From Vulcanimicrobiota bacterium (GTDB lineage: Bacteria; Vulcanimicrobiota; Vulcanimicrobiia; Vulcanimicrobiales; Vulcanimicrobiaceae), in assembly GCA_003135555.1 (NCBI GenBank), contig PLCF01000085.1:88587-152586 (forward strand): DNA of 64,000 bases. The letters run 5' to 3'. Position 1 is the first letter of the stretch. Every line of letters starts with the position of its first letter. The position numbers were made by a program, and so were the translations under genes. The notes under the pieces were generated by a model. It did not search any database, had not been told where the DNA came from, and saw nothing but the letters and a program-made list of their open reading frames with translations. This document shows positions 28,035-37,952 of this stretch, piece by piece.

Positions 28035-30062
28035 TCATCGGAAGTGTCGGGCGATGTAGTCGATCCAGGTGGTGTAGACGTCCGCGGTGCGCACGGGGTC
28101 GCGCGGAAAGTGGCCGTCGATCGGCCAGGCGATGAAGCTCACGTCCTTGCCGTTGTCGCGCAGCGCGCGGAAGTACATCGATGAGGTCGCGAAGGGATCG
28201 CGATTGTCGCCCACGTCGGAGAGGATGAGCAGCGGCGTGGTTACGTCCTTGACGTAGCTCAGCGCCGAGGCGCGATCGTACTCGGCCTTGTTGTTGCCGA
28301 CGAACGGCGAGCCGTGAAAGAGCGCCTTGTCCGCATCCAGGTCGTCGGCGGTCCCGTAGTCCGTCGTCCAGTCGTTGACCGATGCGCCCGATACCGCGGC
28401 GCGCCACAGGTGATACTTGGAGATCATCCAGGCCGTCATGATCCCGCCGTAGCTCCAGCCGGATACGGCGATGCGGTGCTCGTCGACGATGCCGCGCGCG
28501 CGCACGGCGTCGACCGCCGCCATGATGTCCTTGCCGGGGCCGGCCTCGGGGTCGTAGCGCACGCCGCGCTGATAGGCCAGGCCAAGGTTGTCGCTGCCGC
28601 GGTAATTCGGTTCGAGCACGAGCCAGCCGCGGGCCGCCATCAGTTGGCCGAGCCGGTCGAACGAGCGCGTGGAGGCCGAGGTCGGCCCGCCGTGGATCAG
28701 CAGGACCAGCGGGTACTTCGTGCCCGGCGTGAAGCCCGGCGGCGTGAGCAGCACGGCGTCGCCCAGCGGCCCCAGCGAGGTCACAAAGGTGAAGCGCTCC
28801 GATGCCGCGAGGTCGAGCCCCGCGATCGCGGTGTTGTAGTCCGTCACCTTCACCGGCGCGGCGCCCGCCGCGCGGTAGTAGAGCTCGGCCGGTTGTTTGG
28901 TGCTCGTCGCGACGAACACCATCGAGCCGTCGCGCGCGATGGCACCGTCGAGCGGCGAGGCGATGTTCAACTCGCCGACGTCGAGGCGGACCGGCGGCCC
29001 CGAGAGCGGAGCGCGGACGATCGCGGTCGCCGTCGCGTCGTGGCAGGTGAAGACGATCCCGCTCGAATCCGGCAGCCAGGCCAGGTCGTGGACCGCGCGG
29101 TCGTAGGCGCGCGACAGGTCGTCGCCGGCGCCGCCCTCGCGCGTGGTGACGTAGGCTGCGGTCAGCGTGATCTGGTTGTCGTCGGTCGAGTGCAGGTACG
29201 CGACGTGCTTGCCGTCCGGTGCGACGTGCGGATCCGACTCGTAGCCCGTATGGGGCGTCAAACGACTGAGCTTGCCGCTCGCCACGTCGACCAGCTCGAC
29301 GTGCGCGCGGTCAGCGTCGTTGAGCACGGCATTGGGCGCGAGCAGGAACGCGAGCGACGTTCCGTCGGCCGACCACGACAGCGACGACTGCGCCTCACCG
29401 GTGGCGACGCTGGCGCCGCCGAACGTGAGCTGCTTCGCCGCAGCGTCGCCGCTCGTCGCAATCACGAACAGATGGACCGGGCGCGGCGGCTTGCGCGTCG
29501 TGATCGGCGTGTTCCCGACTGCAAACGCGTCGTGAAACCGTGCGGCGCCCTTGTTCTTGGGCAGCGCGTCGCTCGCGGCGTAGGCGATCGCGGCGCCGTC
29601 GGGACGCCATGCGAATTGGTCGACGCCTTCGGGGGCTTTGGTCAACGGTCGCGGGTCGCCGCCGTCCATCGGCATGACGAACACCTGCGCTTTGGCTTGG
29701 TCGCCGGCGCCCGTAGCCTGTGCTGAGTCTGTCGAAGCATCGGCGATGAAGGCGAGCTTCGTGCCGTCGGGCGACCAGCGCGGCTCGCCCAGGCCCTTGC
29801 GATGATAGGTGAGCGTGCGGCGCGCGTGCGTCGCGAGGTCGACGACGTCGAGATCGCGGTCGTAGCGGTCGTCGTTCCAATCGATGCGGCTCACGACCAC
29901 CACGGCGCGCTTGCCGTCGGGCGAGATCGCCGGCGACGAGACGGCGACGATCCGGCGCAGGTCGTCGAGCTGCAGCGGGCGCGCGGCTGCGGGCGCGCCG
30001 GCGCACATCGTCGCCGCGACGGCGGCGGCGCCGGCGGCGAGGAGCGAGCGGGGGAGCTTCAC
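28035..30062 (-). CDS. Secreted S9 family peptidase (beta-propeller plus alpha/beta hydrolase)
   Basis: Signal peptide, repeated WSPDG-type motifs, IHGGP, NYRGS, GWSYGG nucleophile, C-terminal GH. Confidence 0.92.
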   Translation of the reverse strand: MKLPRSLLAAGAAAVAATMCAGAPAAARPLQLDDLRRIVAVSSPAISPDGKRAVVVVSRIDWNDDRYDRDLDVVDLATHARRTLTYHRKGLGEPRWSPDGTKLAFIADASTDSAQATGAGDQAKAQVFVMPMDGGDPRPLTKAPEGVDQFAWRPDGAAIAYAASDALPKNKGAARFHDAFAVGNTPITTRKPPRPVHLFVIATSGDAAAKQLTFGGASVATGEAQSSLSWSADGTSLAFLLAPNAVLNDADRAHVELVDVASGKLSRLTPHTGYESDPHVAPDGKHVAYLHSTDDNQITLTAAYVTTREGGAGDDLSRAYDRAVHDLAWLPDSSGIVFTCHDATATAIVRAPLSGPPVRLDVGELNIASPLDGAIARDGSMVFVATSTKQPAELYYRAAGAAPVKVTDYNTAIAGLDLAASERFTFVTSLGPLGDAVLLTPPGFTPGTKYPLVLLIHGGPTSASTRSFDRLGQLMAARGWLVLEPNYRGSDNLGLAYQRGVRYDPEAGPGKDIMAAVDAVRARGIVDEHRIAVSGWSYGGIMTAWMISKYHLWRAAVSGASVNDWTTDYGTADDLDADKALFHGSPFVGNNKAEYDRASALSYVKDVTTPLLILSDVGDNRDPFATSSMYFRALRDNGKDVSFIAWPIDGHFPRDPVRTADVYTTWIDYIARHFR
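29721..29739. repeat. REP-like mini-hairpin TGCT-GAGTCTGTCGA-AGCA inside the S9 peptidase gene
   Basis: Matches 48207-48225 with a compensatory stem change. Confidence 0.55.
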
Positions 30063-31075
30063 GCGACCGAAGACGGAATCTTGGAGGCGATCATCCGCGC
30101 CAGATCGGCGAGGCGGCACGAATAGCCCCACTCGTTGTCGTACCAAGCGGCGATCTGGATCAGGTCGCCGTTGGCGTTGGTGAGCTTGCCGTCGATGATC
30201 GAGCTGTGCGGGTTCTGCTTGAAGTCGCTCGAGACGAGCTCTTCGTCGGTGTACTCGACGTAGTCTTTGAGTCCGTTCTCCGCCGCACCGCGCAGGATCG
30301 CGTTGAGCTCGTCACGCGTCGTGGGCTTCGCCGTCTGGACGACGAGGTACACCATCGACACCGTCGGCGTGGGGACGCGCAACGCGAACCCGTCGAAGGT
30401 GCCCTTGACCTCGGGGATCGTGAGGAAAAGCGCTTTCGCCGCGCCGGTCGAGGTCGGGATGATGTTGGTCGCCGCGTTGCGCGCACGGCGCCGATCCTTG
30501 TGCGGCGCGTCGAGGATGTTCTGGTCGTTCGTGTACGAGTGGATCGTGCACATGAAGCCCTTGACCCAGCCCAGCGTATCGACGATCGGCTTGACCGCCG
30601 TCGCCAGGCAATTGGTGGTGCACGACGCGTTGGAGATGATGTCGTGCTTGGCCGGATCGTAGGCTGCGTCGTTCACGCCGAGCACCAGGGTGACGTCCTC
30701 GCCCGTGGCCGGCGCCGAGATGATGACTTTCTTCGCGCCGCCGCCGTCGATGTGCGCGCGCGCCTTGGCGGCGTCGGTGAAGATTCCGGTCGACTCGACG
30801 ACGACTTCGACGCCGAGGTCTTTCCACGGCAGCTTGCCCGGATCGCGCTCGGCCAGCACCTTGATCGTCCGGCCGTCGATGACGATCGCATCGAGGCCGG
30901 CGGTGACGTCGCCCGCGTAGCTCCCGTAGTTCGAATCGTACTTGAAGAGGTGCGCGCACTCGGCGGCGCTGGTTAGGTCGTTTACCGCGGCGATCTCGAC
31001 CTCGGGATAGCGCTCCAAGAGCGCCTTGGTGAAATTGCGGCCGATCCGGCCGAACCCGTTGATACCGATGCGCAT
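30059..31075 (-). CDS. gap: Type I glyceraldehyde-3-phosphate dehydrogenase
   Basis: GINGFGRIGR, SNASCTTNCL, RVPTP, WYDNEWGYS. Confidence 0.98.
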   Translation of the reverse strand: MRIGINGFGRIGRNFTKALLERYPEVEIAAVNDLTSAAECAHLFKYDSNYGSYAGDVTAGLDAIVIDGRTIKVLAERDPGKLPWKDLGVEVVVESTGIFTDAAKARAHIDGGGAKKVIISAPATGEDVTLVLGVNDAAYDPAKHDIISNASCTTNCLATAVKPIVDTLGWVKGFMCTIHSYTNDQNILDAPHKDRRRARNAATNIIPTSTGAAKALFLTIPEVKGTFDGFALRVPTPTVSMVYLVVQTAKPTTRDELNAILRGAAENGLKDYVEYTDEELVSSDFKQNPHSSIIDGKLTNANGDLIQIAAWYDNEWGYSCRLADLARMIASKIPSSVA

Positions 31076-31087
31076 AGACCATCCGGT

Positions 31088-31987
31088 TTAGACGAGGGAA
31101 ACTTCCGGCTCCTCTCGCTCGCCGCGCAAGCGCTTGACGAGGCGCATGAGCGCGGCGAGCCGGCCGTTGAGGGTAGCTTTGCTTACCGGGGGATTGCACC
31201 TACGCCCCAGCTCAGCGAGCGTCTCGTCGGCGTGCGACAAGCGCAGCTGCGCCGCCTCGCGCAATACCGGCGAGAGGTTGCGCAGACCGTAGGCGTCGGC
31301 CAGGAATTGGATCGCCTCGCGCTGCGCCGCCGCCGCCGCCGCCGCGCGCACGACGTTGGCCGCCTCGGTGTTGACCAGGCGGTGGATGCGGTTCTTGGTC
31401 TCCTTGACGGCGCGGATGTCTTCGAGGTGAAAGACCGCGCCCGAGGCCCCGATCGCGCCCAGAACGGTCACGATCGCGTCGAGACCCTTGAGGTAGAGGA
31501 CGCGGCGCCCCTTGCGCATCATCCGGCGCGCCTCGATCCCTTCGGCGGCGAGGAGCGCGGCGATGCGGTCGGCGCGGCCAGCATCGGTCGTGACGAACTC
31601 GAGGTGGTACCCGTGCTGCGGCGCGGCGACCGAGCCCGTGCACAGGAACGCGGCCCGCAGTTCGGCGCGCCGCTCGTCTCGCCGCCGCGGCCGCGCCCGC
31701 GGCGCCGCCGGTACCGGCCCCAGATCGATCTCGAAGGTGGTGGCCTTGTAGAGGCGCGCATCGTGTCCACGCCGGACCGGCGCGGCACTGCGCGCATCCT
31801 CGAAGAGCGTGCGGGCCAGACGCGCGACCGGCGGCCGGCGCGTTCGGAAGACCAGCTCGCCGCCGACGTCGATGCCGCCGTAATAGGCCAAGCCGTGGCG
31901 CAACGCATCGCGCAGCCGCTCGTCGCGCGGCACGTCACGCGCCAGCGCATCCTTGGCGTCCGAAGAGAGTCTCGAGCGTTGCGGCAT
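31088..31987 (-). CDS. whiA: DNA-binding protein WhiA
   Basis: LRAAFLCTGSV..P..GYHLEF, LYLKG, HRLVNTEAANV, LAELG..PPVSK. Confidence 0.92.
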   Translation of the reverse strand: MPQRSRLSSDAKDALARDVPRDERLRDALRHGLAYYGGIDVGGELVFRTRRPPVARLARTLFEDARSAAPVRRGHDARLYKATTFEIDLGPVPAAPRARPRRRDERRAELRAAFLCTGSVAAPQHGYHLEFVTTDAGRADRIAALLAAEGIEARRMMRKGRRVLYLKGLDAIVTVLGAIGASGAVFHLEDIRAVKETKNRIHRLVNTEAANVVRAAAAAAAQREAIQFLADAYGLRNLSPVLREAAQLRLSHADETLAELGRRCNPPVSKATLNGRLAALMRLVKRLRGEREEPEVSLV

Positions 31988-32266
31988 TTAGCGCAGCCAG
32001 GCGACGGGATCGTCCTTGCGCTCGTCGACGATCTCGTACAGGTCGGCGGGTTTGAGCGACGGCAGCACGCGCTCGGGCACCAGCAGCACGCGCACGGTCA
32101 GAAACTTCGTGCGGTAGTGGATCAGCAGCACGTTGCCCGCCTTGACCTCATAGCCCGGCTTGAGCGAACGCCCATCCTTGGTGATCCGCCCCGCCTCGAT
32201 GCCGTCCTTGGCCTCCGCGCGGCGCTTCGCCAGGCGCGAGACCTTCATGAACTTATCCAAGCGCAA
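31988..32266 (-). CDS. S4 RNA-binding protein (YabO/RqcP/Hsp15-like)
   Basis: LRLDKFMKVSRLAKRR..AK..IEAGRI..KPGYEVKAG; TTG start. Confidence 0.88.
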   Translation of the reverse strand: MRLDKFMKVSRLAKRRAEAKDGIEAGRITKDGRSLKPGYEVKAGNVLLIHYRTKFLTVRVLLVPERVLPSLKPADLYEIVDERKDDPVAWLR

Positions 32267-32410
32267 CGGAAGCCGCTTCCGTGCATCGCGGCGCGCTTCA
32301 TGCCGTCTCGATTGCGAAATCTTAACGATCGTCCAAGGGAGCAGAACGAGCGCTGCCGAACCGAAAAGCCCCGCATCGAGGGTATGCGGCGCGCACGGGG
32401 GTTTTCGCTG

Positions 32411-33475
32411 ATGCTTGGCAATGGCGAAGCGCTGACTTCGGACCGCGTGACGGCGGCGGGCCGGCCGGCGGGGCACTGGAAAGAGCGGCTGATCCATCGG
32501 TTCGGGGGCGCTGAAGCGCTGACGCCGTTCATCTTCGTGGTGGCCGGGTTCGTTGCGCTCACGATGCTCTTCGTACGGCTGCCCGCCACAGCCCGGCATT
32601 CCAAAGAATTCGACACGGCCATCGTCATCGCGACGGCGGTGCTGCTGGCCGGCCTCATCCAGGTGCTCACCGCGCTCGTGCGCTGGTGGAGCGTCAGCGG
32701 CGAGCGCAAGAAATTCAACCTCTTCTTCGGTGGTGCGCCGATGCTGGGTGTCGTTCCGGACCTCTCGGCACCGGAGATCACGACGAATTGGAGCCCGCCC
32801 GGCAGCAACGGCGCGCATCCGAAAGGGACCACCGTCGTCCCGTTTCAGGATTTGCGTGCCGCGATCTGGATTGCAGAGCTCTTCGAAGAGTTCGACACGA
32901 CCTTCACGATCATGCCCGATACATCTTTCGTGAACGGAACGCCGCCGCAGCGCGGATTTGTTGCGATCGGTCTCGGCTTCAATCGGCTAACGTACATGAT
33001 GGCTGCCATGAGCCAGCTGTTCGAGATCCTCTATGCCGACACGGATGAGTGCAAGGACGACTTCAAGCTCGATGGTGTCAAGCACGAAGAACCGTCTGCT
33101 ACGCGTGACTTCGCGCTGATCGTGCGCGTGCCCGTGACGATGAATCAGAAGGTGGCGCCCTCGTTCGTGTGTGCGGGCCGCACGGCGGAGGGGACCGCCG
33201 CCGCAGGCTACTTCTTGAAGAATTCCTGGCGTCTGCTCTGTGCGATATACGAAAAAGAGCGGCTGCGCTTCGCGGAAGACGCGCTTGCCGTCGAGCTCGT
33301 ATATACGCCGGGCGTGTTCATTCAGTCCGAAATTCGGAAGCACGTGTTCGGCCCCGTGAATCGCGTTGCCCCAGCCTCCCAGCGGGCGGCGGTCGAGCCG
33401 GCTCCATGCGCGGAAGTCAGAGCGGCCGAAGACCCTGAAGCGATGGTGGTTCCGAGCACGAACGGAGCGGGCTGA
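32411..33475 (+). CDS. Hypothetical protein, 2 TM helices plus soluble domain
   Basis: Two hydrophobic helices, then a domain with DFALIVR..VCAGRTAEGTAAAGYFL..W; lower GC; alternative ATG at 32384. Confidence 0.7.
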   Translation: MLGNGEALTSDRVTAAGRPAGHWKERLIHRFGGAEALTPFIFVVAGFVALTMLFVRLPATARHSKEFDTAIVIATAVLLAGLIQVLTALVRWWSVSGERKKFNLFFGGAPMLGVVPDLSAPEITTNWSPPGSNGAHPKGTTVVPFQDLRAAIWIAELFEEFDTTFTIMPDTSFVNGTPPQRGFVAIGLGFNRLTYMMAAMSQLFEILYADTDECKDDFKLDGVKHEEPSATRDFALIVRVPVTMNQKVAPSFVCAGRTAEGTAAAGYFLKNSWRLLCAIYEKERLRFAEDALAVELVYTPGVFIQSEIRKHVFGPVNRVAPASQRAAVEPAPCAEVRAAEDPEAMVVPSTNGAG

Positions 33476-33505
33476 GGCACACCCGATCGCGGCGAATGGC
33501 GCGTG

Positions 33506-34525
33506 ATGCCGTTCAGCACGACGATCGCCGGGAGTCTTCCGAAGCCCGCCTGGCTGGCCGAACCCGAACGCATCTTTCCGACCTGGCGGCTCGAAGGCCC
33601 CGACCTCGCCGACGCGCAGCGTGACGCAACGCGGATCGCCGTTTCGGAGCAGCTCCGCGCGGGGATCGAGACGGTAACCGACGGCGAGCAGTCACGGCGG
33701 CATTTCGTGCACGGGTTCGCCGAGCGCCTCGGCGGCGTCGACGCGCTCAAGCGCCAGAACCGCGGCATCCGCGACGACCGCTACGACGCCGTGTGCCCGA
33801 CGGTCACCGGCGAGATTCGCCGCACGGCGCCGATCCACGTCGAGGAGATGCGCTTCGCGCGCACGCTGACCGACGGTCCGCTCAAGATCACCATCCCCGG
33901 CCCGATGACGTTGGTGGATACGGTCGTCGACGAAGCGTACTCAAGCCGCGCCGAGCTCGGATTTGCGTTCGCGCGCGCGATCCGCGATGAGATCGCCGAC
34001 CTCATCGCCGTCGGGATCGACGTCGTGCAGCTCGACGAGCCGGCCTTCAACGTGTACTTCGACGAGGTCGCGGCGTGGGGGATCGACGCGCTCGACACCG
34101 CGCTGAGCGGAGCCTCGTGCGCAACCGCGGTGCACGTCTGCTACGGGTACGGCATCCCGGCCAACGTGCAATGGAAGGCCAACCTCGGGGAGCGCTGGGA
34201 CCAGTACGCGCACGTCCTGCCGCTGCTCGCCAAAAGCCAAGCCGAGCAGATCTCGATCGAGCTGGCCGGTTCGCACGTACCGGCCGAGGTGCTCGCGCTC
34301 GCCGGCGACAAGATCGTCGCGGTCGGCGTCATCGACGTCGCGAGCGAGCGCGTCGAAACGCCCGACGACGTGCGCGCGACGATCGAGCTGGCGCGGCGGT
34401 ACCTTCCCGACGAGCGCATCGTCTGCTCGACCAACTGCGGCATGGCCCCGATGAACCGCGACGTCGCCTACGCAAAGCTGCGCGCGCTCGCCGAAGGCGC
34501 CCTGCTCGCGAGCGTCGGCCTCTAG
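33506..34525 (+). CDS. Cobalamin-independent methionine synthase, single-barrel (core) type
   Basis: AGSLPKP, TDGEQ, PGPMT, QLDEPA, HVCYG and NCG zinc ligands; ~340 aa. Confidence 0.85.
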   Translation: MPFSTTIAGSLPKPAWLAEPERIFPTWRLEGPDLADAQRDATRIAVSEQLRAGIETVTDGEQSRRHFVHGFAERLGGVDALKRQNRGIRDDRYDAVCPTVTGEIRRTAPIHVEEMRFARTLTDGPLKITIPGPMTLVDTVVDEAYSSRAELGFAFARAIRDEIADLIAVGIDVVQLDEPAFNVYFDEVAAWGIDALDTALSGASCATAVHVCYGYGIPANVQWKANLGERWDQYAHVLPLLAKSQAEQISIELAGSHVPAEVLALAGDKIVAVGVIDVASERVETPDDVRATIELARRYLPDERIVCSTNCGMAPMNRDVAYAKLRALAEGALLASVGL

Positions 34526-34529
34526 CGGA

Positions 34530-34988
34530 TCATCGCGCCGGACGCTGCACTGCTTTCGGCACGACGCAAGTCCCTCGCGCGCGCACGACGAGAACCGGCT
34601 CGTCCAGCACGTCCGCCGCCGAGGGCGACTCGTCAGGGCGCGCGGCGATGACTTTGTGCGCTTCGAACTCCAGCGTGCGCGAGGTCGTACCGACCTTCGT
34701 GATGCGGCCGCGGGCTTCGATGTAGTCGCCCGCGTACACGGGTGCCTTGAACTCGACCAAATCGTACGCGACGAACAAGCCTTCGTCGCCGTCGTGACGG
34801 ATCAGCAACTCGGTCGCGACGTCGCCGAACAGGCCCAGGATGCGCGCGCCGTCGACGAGGTTGCCGCCGTAGTGCGCATCGTGTGCGCTCATCCGCACGC
34901 GGATGATAACCTTGTCACCCTGACGCGTGTCACGCTCCGCGTGAGCCCCGTCGAAGGGGCCTACGCCGCCGTCTTCGCTTGTTGCCAT
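34530..34988 (-). CDS. kal: Hot-dog fold 3-aminobutyryl-CoA ammonia-lyase (Kal)-like protein
   Basis: [49 protein letters not shown]; start uncertain. Confidence 0.8.
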   Translation of the reverse strand: MATSEDGGVGPFDGAHAERDTRQGDKVIIRVRMSAHDAHYGGNLVDGARILGLFGDVATELLIRHDGDEGLFVAYDLVEFKAPVYAGDYIEARGRITKVGTTSRTLEFEAHKVIAARPDESPSAADVLDEPVLVVRARGTCVVPKAVQRPAR

Positions 34989-36157
34989 AGATCCTCGAGC
35001 TCGTCGAGCGTCATCTCGTTGAGTTGGCGCCCGCTCGCGGTCGCGTAGGTTTCCATGTAGCGGAAGCGGCGCTCGAACTTCGCGTTCGCGTCGCGCATCG
35101 CGCCTTCGGCATCGACCCCCAGCCGCCGCGCCAGGTTCACCACGGTGAACATCACGTCGCCGAGCTCCTCGCGCACGTGCGGGTCCTCGGGCTTGAGATC
35201 GCCGGCTTTGAGCCGCGCCTCGGCCAGCTCGCGCAGCTCCTCGGACAGCTTCTCGGTGATGTCGCGCGGGTCGGTCCAGTCGAACCCGACGCGCGCGGCT
35301 TTCTCCTGCATCTTTTGTCCGCGCTGCAGCGCCGCCATGTGCTGCGGGATTCCGTCGAGCTTCGACGTGCGCGACTGTCCGGCGGCTTCCTGGGACTTGA
35401 GCTGTTCCCAGTTCGCCCACACGGCCGCGACGTCGGCGACGGCGACGTCGCCGAAGACGTGCGGGTGACGGCGGATCATCTTGTTCGACAGCCCGTCGAT
35501 CACGTCGGCGACGGAGAACTTCCCGCGCTCGGTCGCAAGTTGGGAGTGGAACACGATCTGGAACAGCAGATCGCCCAGCTCTTCGCACAGGTCGCCGTCG
35601 CCGCCGTGCTCGATCGCGTCGACGACTTCGTAGGTCTCCTCGATGAGGTAGCGCACCAGCGATGCGTGGGTCTGCTCGCGGTCCCACGGGCACGAGCGGC
35701 GCAGTCGCGCCATGATCTCGACGAGGTCGTCCCAATTGTGGTGCGTCGAACCCGGCGGGAGCGGGACGAGCGGCATCGTGATCGACGCCGAGAGCGTAGC
35801 GCGCGGCATCCCCGGGATGATCTCGGCGCCCACGCCGCGCCGGTCGAGCGCGCGCAACAGCATCGGCAGCCCCAGAAAATCAGAGAGCGGGTTCCCCAAC
35901 ACGCCCAAGCCGAGGTCGCGCTCGTCGACGCGCTCGACGAAACCGTCGATCACCTCGCTCGAGCCGCGCGAGAACAGTCCCTGGTCGGTGATCATCGTCC
36001 GTTCGATCACCACGCCGTCGCTTTCGAGGAAACGTACCAGCTCGGGCGGGGCGAGCACGGTCGCCGCACGGCCGACGGCGCGCAGCGACTCGCGGCTGCC
36101 CAACGTAAGAAGCCCCGGATCGCCCGGTCCGAGGCCCACGATGCGGATCACGCCCAC
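34961..36157 (-). CDS. mazG: Nucleoside triphosphate pyrophosphohydrolase MazG (YabN-type, N-terminal methylase-like domain)
   Basis: IVGLGPGD start, [31 protein letters not shown], second ELGD, FERRF. Confidence 0.93.
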   Translation of the reverse strand: MGVIRIVGLGPGDPGLLTLGSRESLRAVGRAATVLAPPELVRFLESDGVVIERTMITDQGLFSRGSSEVIDGFVERVDERDLGLGVLGNPLSDFLGLPMLLRALDRRGVGAEIIPGMPRATLSASITMPLVPLPPGSTHHNWDDLVEIMARLRRSCPWDREQTHASLVRYLIEETYEVVDAIEHGGDGDLCEELGDLLFQIVFHSQLATERGKFSVADVIDGLSNKMIRRHPHVFGDVAVADVAAVWANWEQLKSQEAAGQSRTSKLDGIPQHMAALQRGQKMQEKAARVGFDWTDPRDITEKLSEELRELAEARLKAGDLKPEDPHVREELGDVMFTVVNLARRLGVDAEGAMRDANAKFERRFRYMETYATASGRQLNEMTLDELEDLWQQAKTAA

Positions 36158-36162
36158 AACTT

Positions 36163-36196
36163 CGCGAGGCGGGGTCGATCCGACTCCCGCCTCGCG
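36163..36196. other. Long GC hairpin between prsA and mazG
   Basis: CGCGAGGCGGGGTCG-ATC-CGACTCCCGCCTCGCG, 15-bp stem with one bulge, ending 5 nt before the mazG start. Confidence 0.6.
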
Positions 36197-36214
36197 TGCT
36201 GTTGGGGCTGGGCG

Positions 36215-37213
36215 CTACTTCTTGGTAGCGGCCGGGGCGGGCGCGGCGCTGGCCGGAGCCGGCGCGGCGGTCGCGGCCGGGGTGGCCGGCGGTGTGGGCG
36301 CGCTCTCGGGGAACGCGGCCTTGTAGCGGTCGTCGTAGACCTCGATCTTCGCGCCCGACCGCAGTTGCTGCAGGAACAGCGGCACTTGCTGCGCCTGCTG
36401 CTGCTGGGTAAGCTGCTGCTTGATCTGATCGTGCACGGCCGCGAGCGACGCCTTGGTAGCGGGCTTCTTTTCCTCGACCTGGATCACGTGATAGCCGAAC
36501 GGCGATTTCACCGGCCCGATGATCTGGTTGACTCCGGCGGCGAAGGCGGCTTTCTCGAACGGCGCGACCATCTGGCCGCGACCGAAGAAGCCGAGCTCGC
36601 CGCCCTTGTCCTTGCTCCCCGGGTCGGTCGAATACTCTTTGGCCAAGGCATCCCAGTTGCCGCCGGCCTTGACTTTGGCGAGCACTTCCTTGGCCTTGCC
36701 TTCATCGACGGTCAGGATGTGGCGGGCGCGGATCTGCTCGGGCTTGTCGAACTGCGCGCGGTTCTTGTCGAAGAACGCCTTGATGTCGCTCTCGCTGATG
36801 TGGATCTGCGGGGCAATCGCCTTTTCGAGGATCAGCTGCTGCTTGAGGATCAGCTGAACGTCTTGTTCGGTGAGGCTCTGCTGCTTGAGGATCTGCTCGA
36901 ACTGACCGGCCGGAAACTTGGCCTTGGTCTCGGTTTCTTTCTTGTCGATCTCGGCCTGGCTGACGTCGACTTTCTTGTCGCGCGCGTACTGATCGATGAG
37001 CGCTTGCTGAACCATTTGGGTGAGGACTTGCTTTGCCGCGGGGCTGGACTCCAGCTTGTGGTCGAAGTCGGCGTGCGTTATCGCTTGCCCGTTGACGCTG
37101 GCGACGTTTCCGCCGGCGGAGCCGCCGCCGGTGGAGCTATTGTTGCACGCGGCGAGCGAGACGCAGAGCGCGATCGCGCTGAGGGCGGCAGCGCCGCGGT
37201 GAATACGGGACAT
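36215..37213 (-). CDS. prsA: Parvulin-type foldase lipoprotein PrsA
   Basis: Lipobox LAAC, ARHIL, LAKEYSTDPGS..KGGELG, MVAPFEKAAF, VKSPFGYHVI. Confidence 0.92.
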   Translation of the reverse strand: MSRIHRGAAALSAIALCVSLAACNNSSTGGGSAGGNVASVNGQAITHADFDHKLESSPAAKQVLTQMVQQALIDQYARDKKVDVSQAEIDKKETETKAKFPAGQFEQILKQQSLTEQDVQLILKQQLILEKAIAPQIHISESDIKAFFDKNRAQFDKPEQIRARHILTVDEGKAKEVLAKVKAGGNWDALAKEYSTDPGSKDKGGELGFFGRGQMVAPFEKAAFAAGVNQIIGPVKSPFGYHVIQVEEKKPATKASLAAVHDQIKQQLTQQQQAQQVPLFLQQLRSGAKIEVYDDRYKAAFPESAPTPPATPAATAAPAPASAAPAPAATKK

Positions 37214-37332
37214 CGGATCTCCGTCAGTAAGGACGACGTGGAAAAGGCGGCTGCCGTGTGAGTCCGCAGCGACCTGCCCCGGATTCGGGGCGCGCGGCGT
37301 CCCTCCTCCGGCGCTTTGCGGACTTCGCCGTT

Positions 37333-37875
37333 CTAGTCCGCCGGGAGCTCGCCGCGCGCCGGAGTCCGCTTTTCCAGCTGCTCGGCGACTTCGTGCGGGT
37401 CGGCCGGAAGGGTCAGCTCCTCGGCTTCGGGGTCCTGGCGATTGCGCACCGACGGCATGTCGTAGCGCAGCTCTTCGAGCAGCTGGATGAGCTTGGCGGC
37501 CTTGCGCTCGCCGAGCATGCTGATCTGCAAGTGCAGCCGGGAGCGCTGCTCCTGGATCTCGCTCATGCGGTTCTCGGTCGTCAGGATGAGGATGGTCATG
37601 AGAAGCGCCGCCAGCGCCACCACGCCGTCGAGCCAGAAATACGGCGGCGGGTCGATCTCGTGGTGCCCGGTTAGCCGCAGCGCGACGTTGAGCGCGATCC
37701 AGGCCGCCGCCGACGCGATGATGATGTAGACCGTGCGCGGCCGGCCGATCGCCAGCGTGAAGCGTTCGATCGCTCGCTGGTGCAGCGACGCCGCCGCGAG
37801 CGCCTTGCGTTCGAGTTCGGCGATCGACTCGATCGCGTCGTCGACCTGACCGGGGAGACCGCCGTCGGGGTGCAC
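37333..37875 (-). CDS. DUF1003 membrane protein
   Basis: WIALN..DPPPYFWL..LAALLMTILILTTENR pattern. Confidence 0.8.
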   Translation of the reverse strand: MHPDGGLPGQVDDAIESIAELERKALAAASLHQRAIERFTLAIGRPRTVYIIIASAAAWIALNVALRLTGHHEIDPPPYFWLDGVVALAALLMTILILTTENRMSEIQEQRSRLHLQISMLGERKAAKLIQLLEELRYDMPSVRNRQDPEAEELTLPADPHEVAEQLEKRTPARGELPAD

Positions 37876-37952
37876 CAACGGTGAGTACCCGCTTGCCGGC
37901 CGGCGCACGCCTTTTGAAGGCTGCCGCAGGCCGTTCGGCGGATCGGCGTTCG

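Noticed and set aside
31322..31346. GCC triplet run in whiA
   Set aside because: Encodes a poly-Ala helix in frame; not a phase-variable repeat
31232..32410. 747-aa ORF 31232-33475 as one protein
   Set aside because: The first ~390 aa are antisense to whiA and the S4 gene; only the part from ~32411 looks coding
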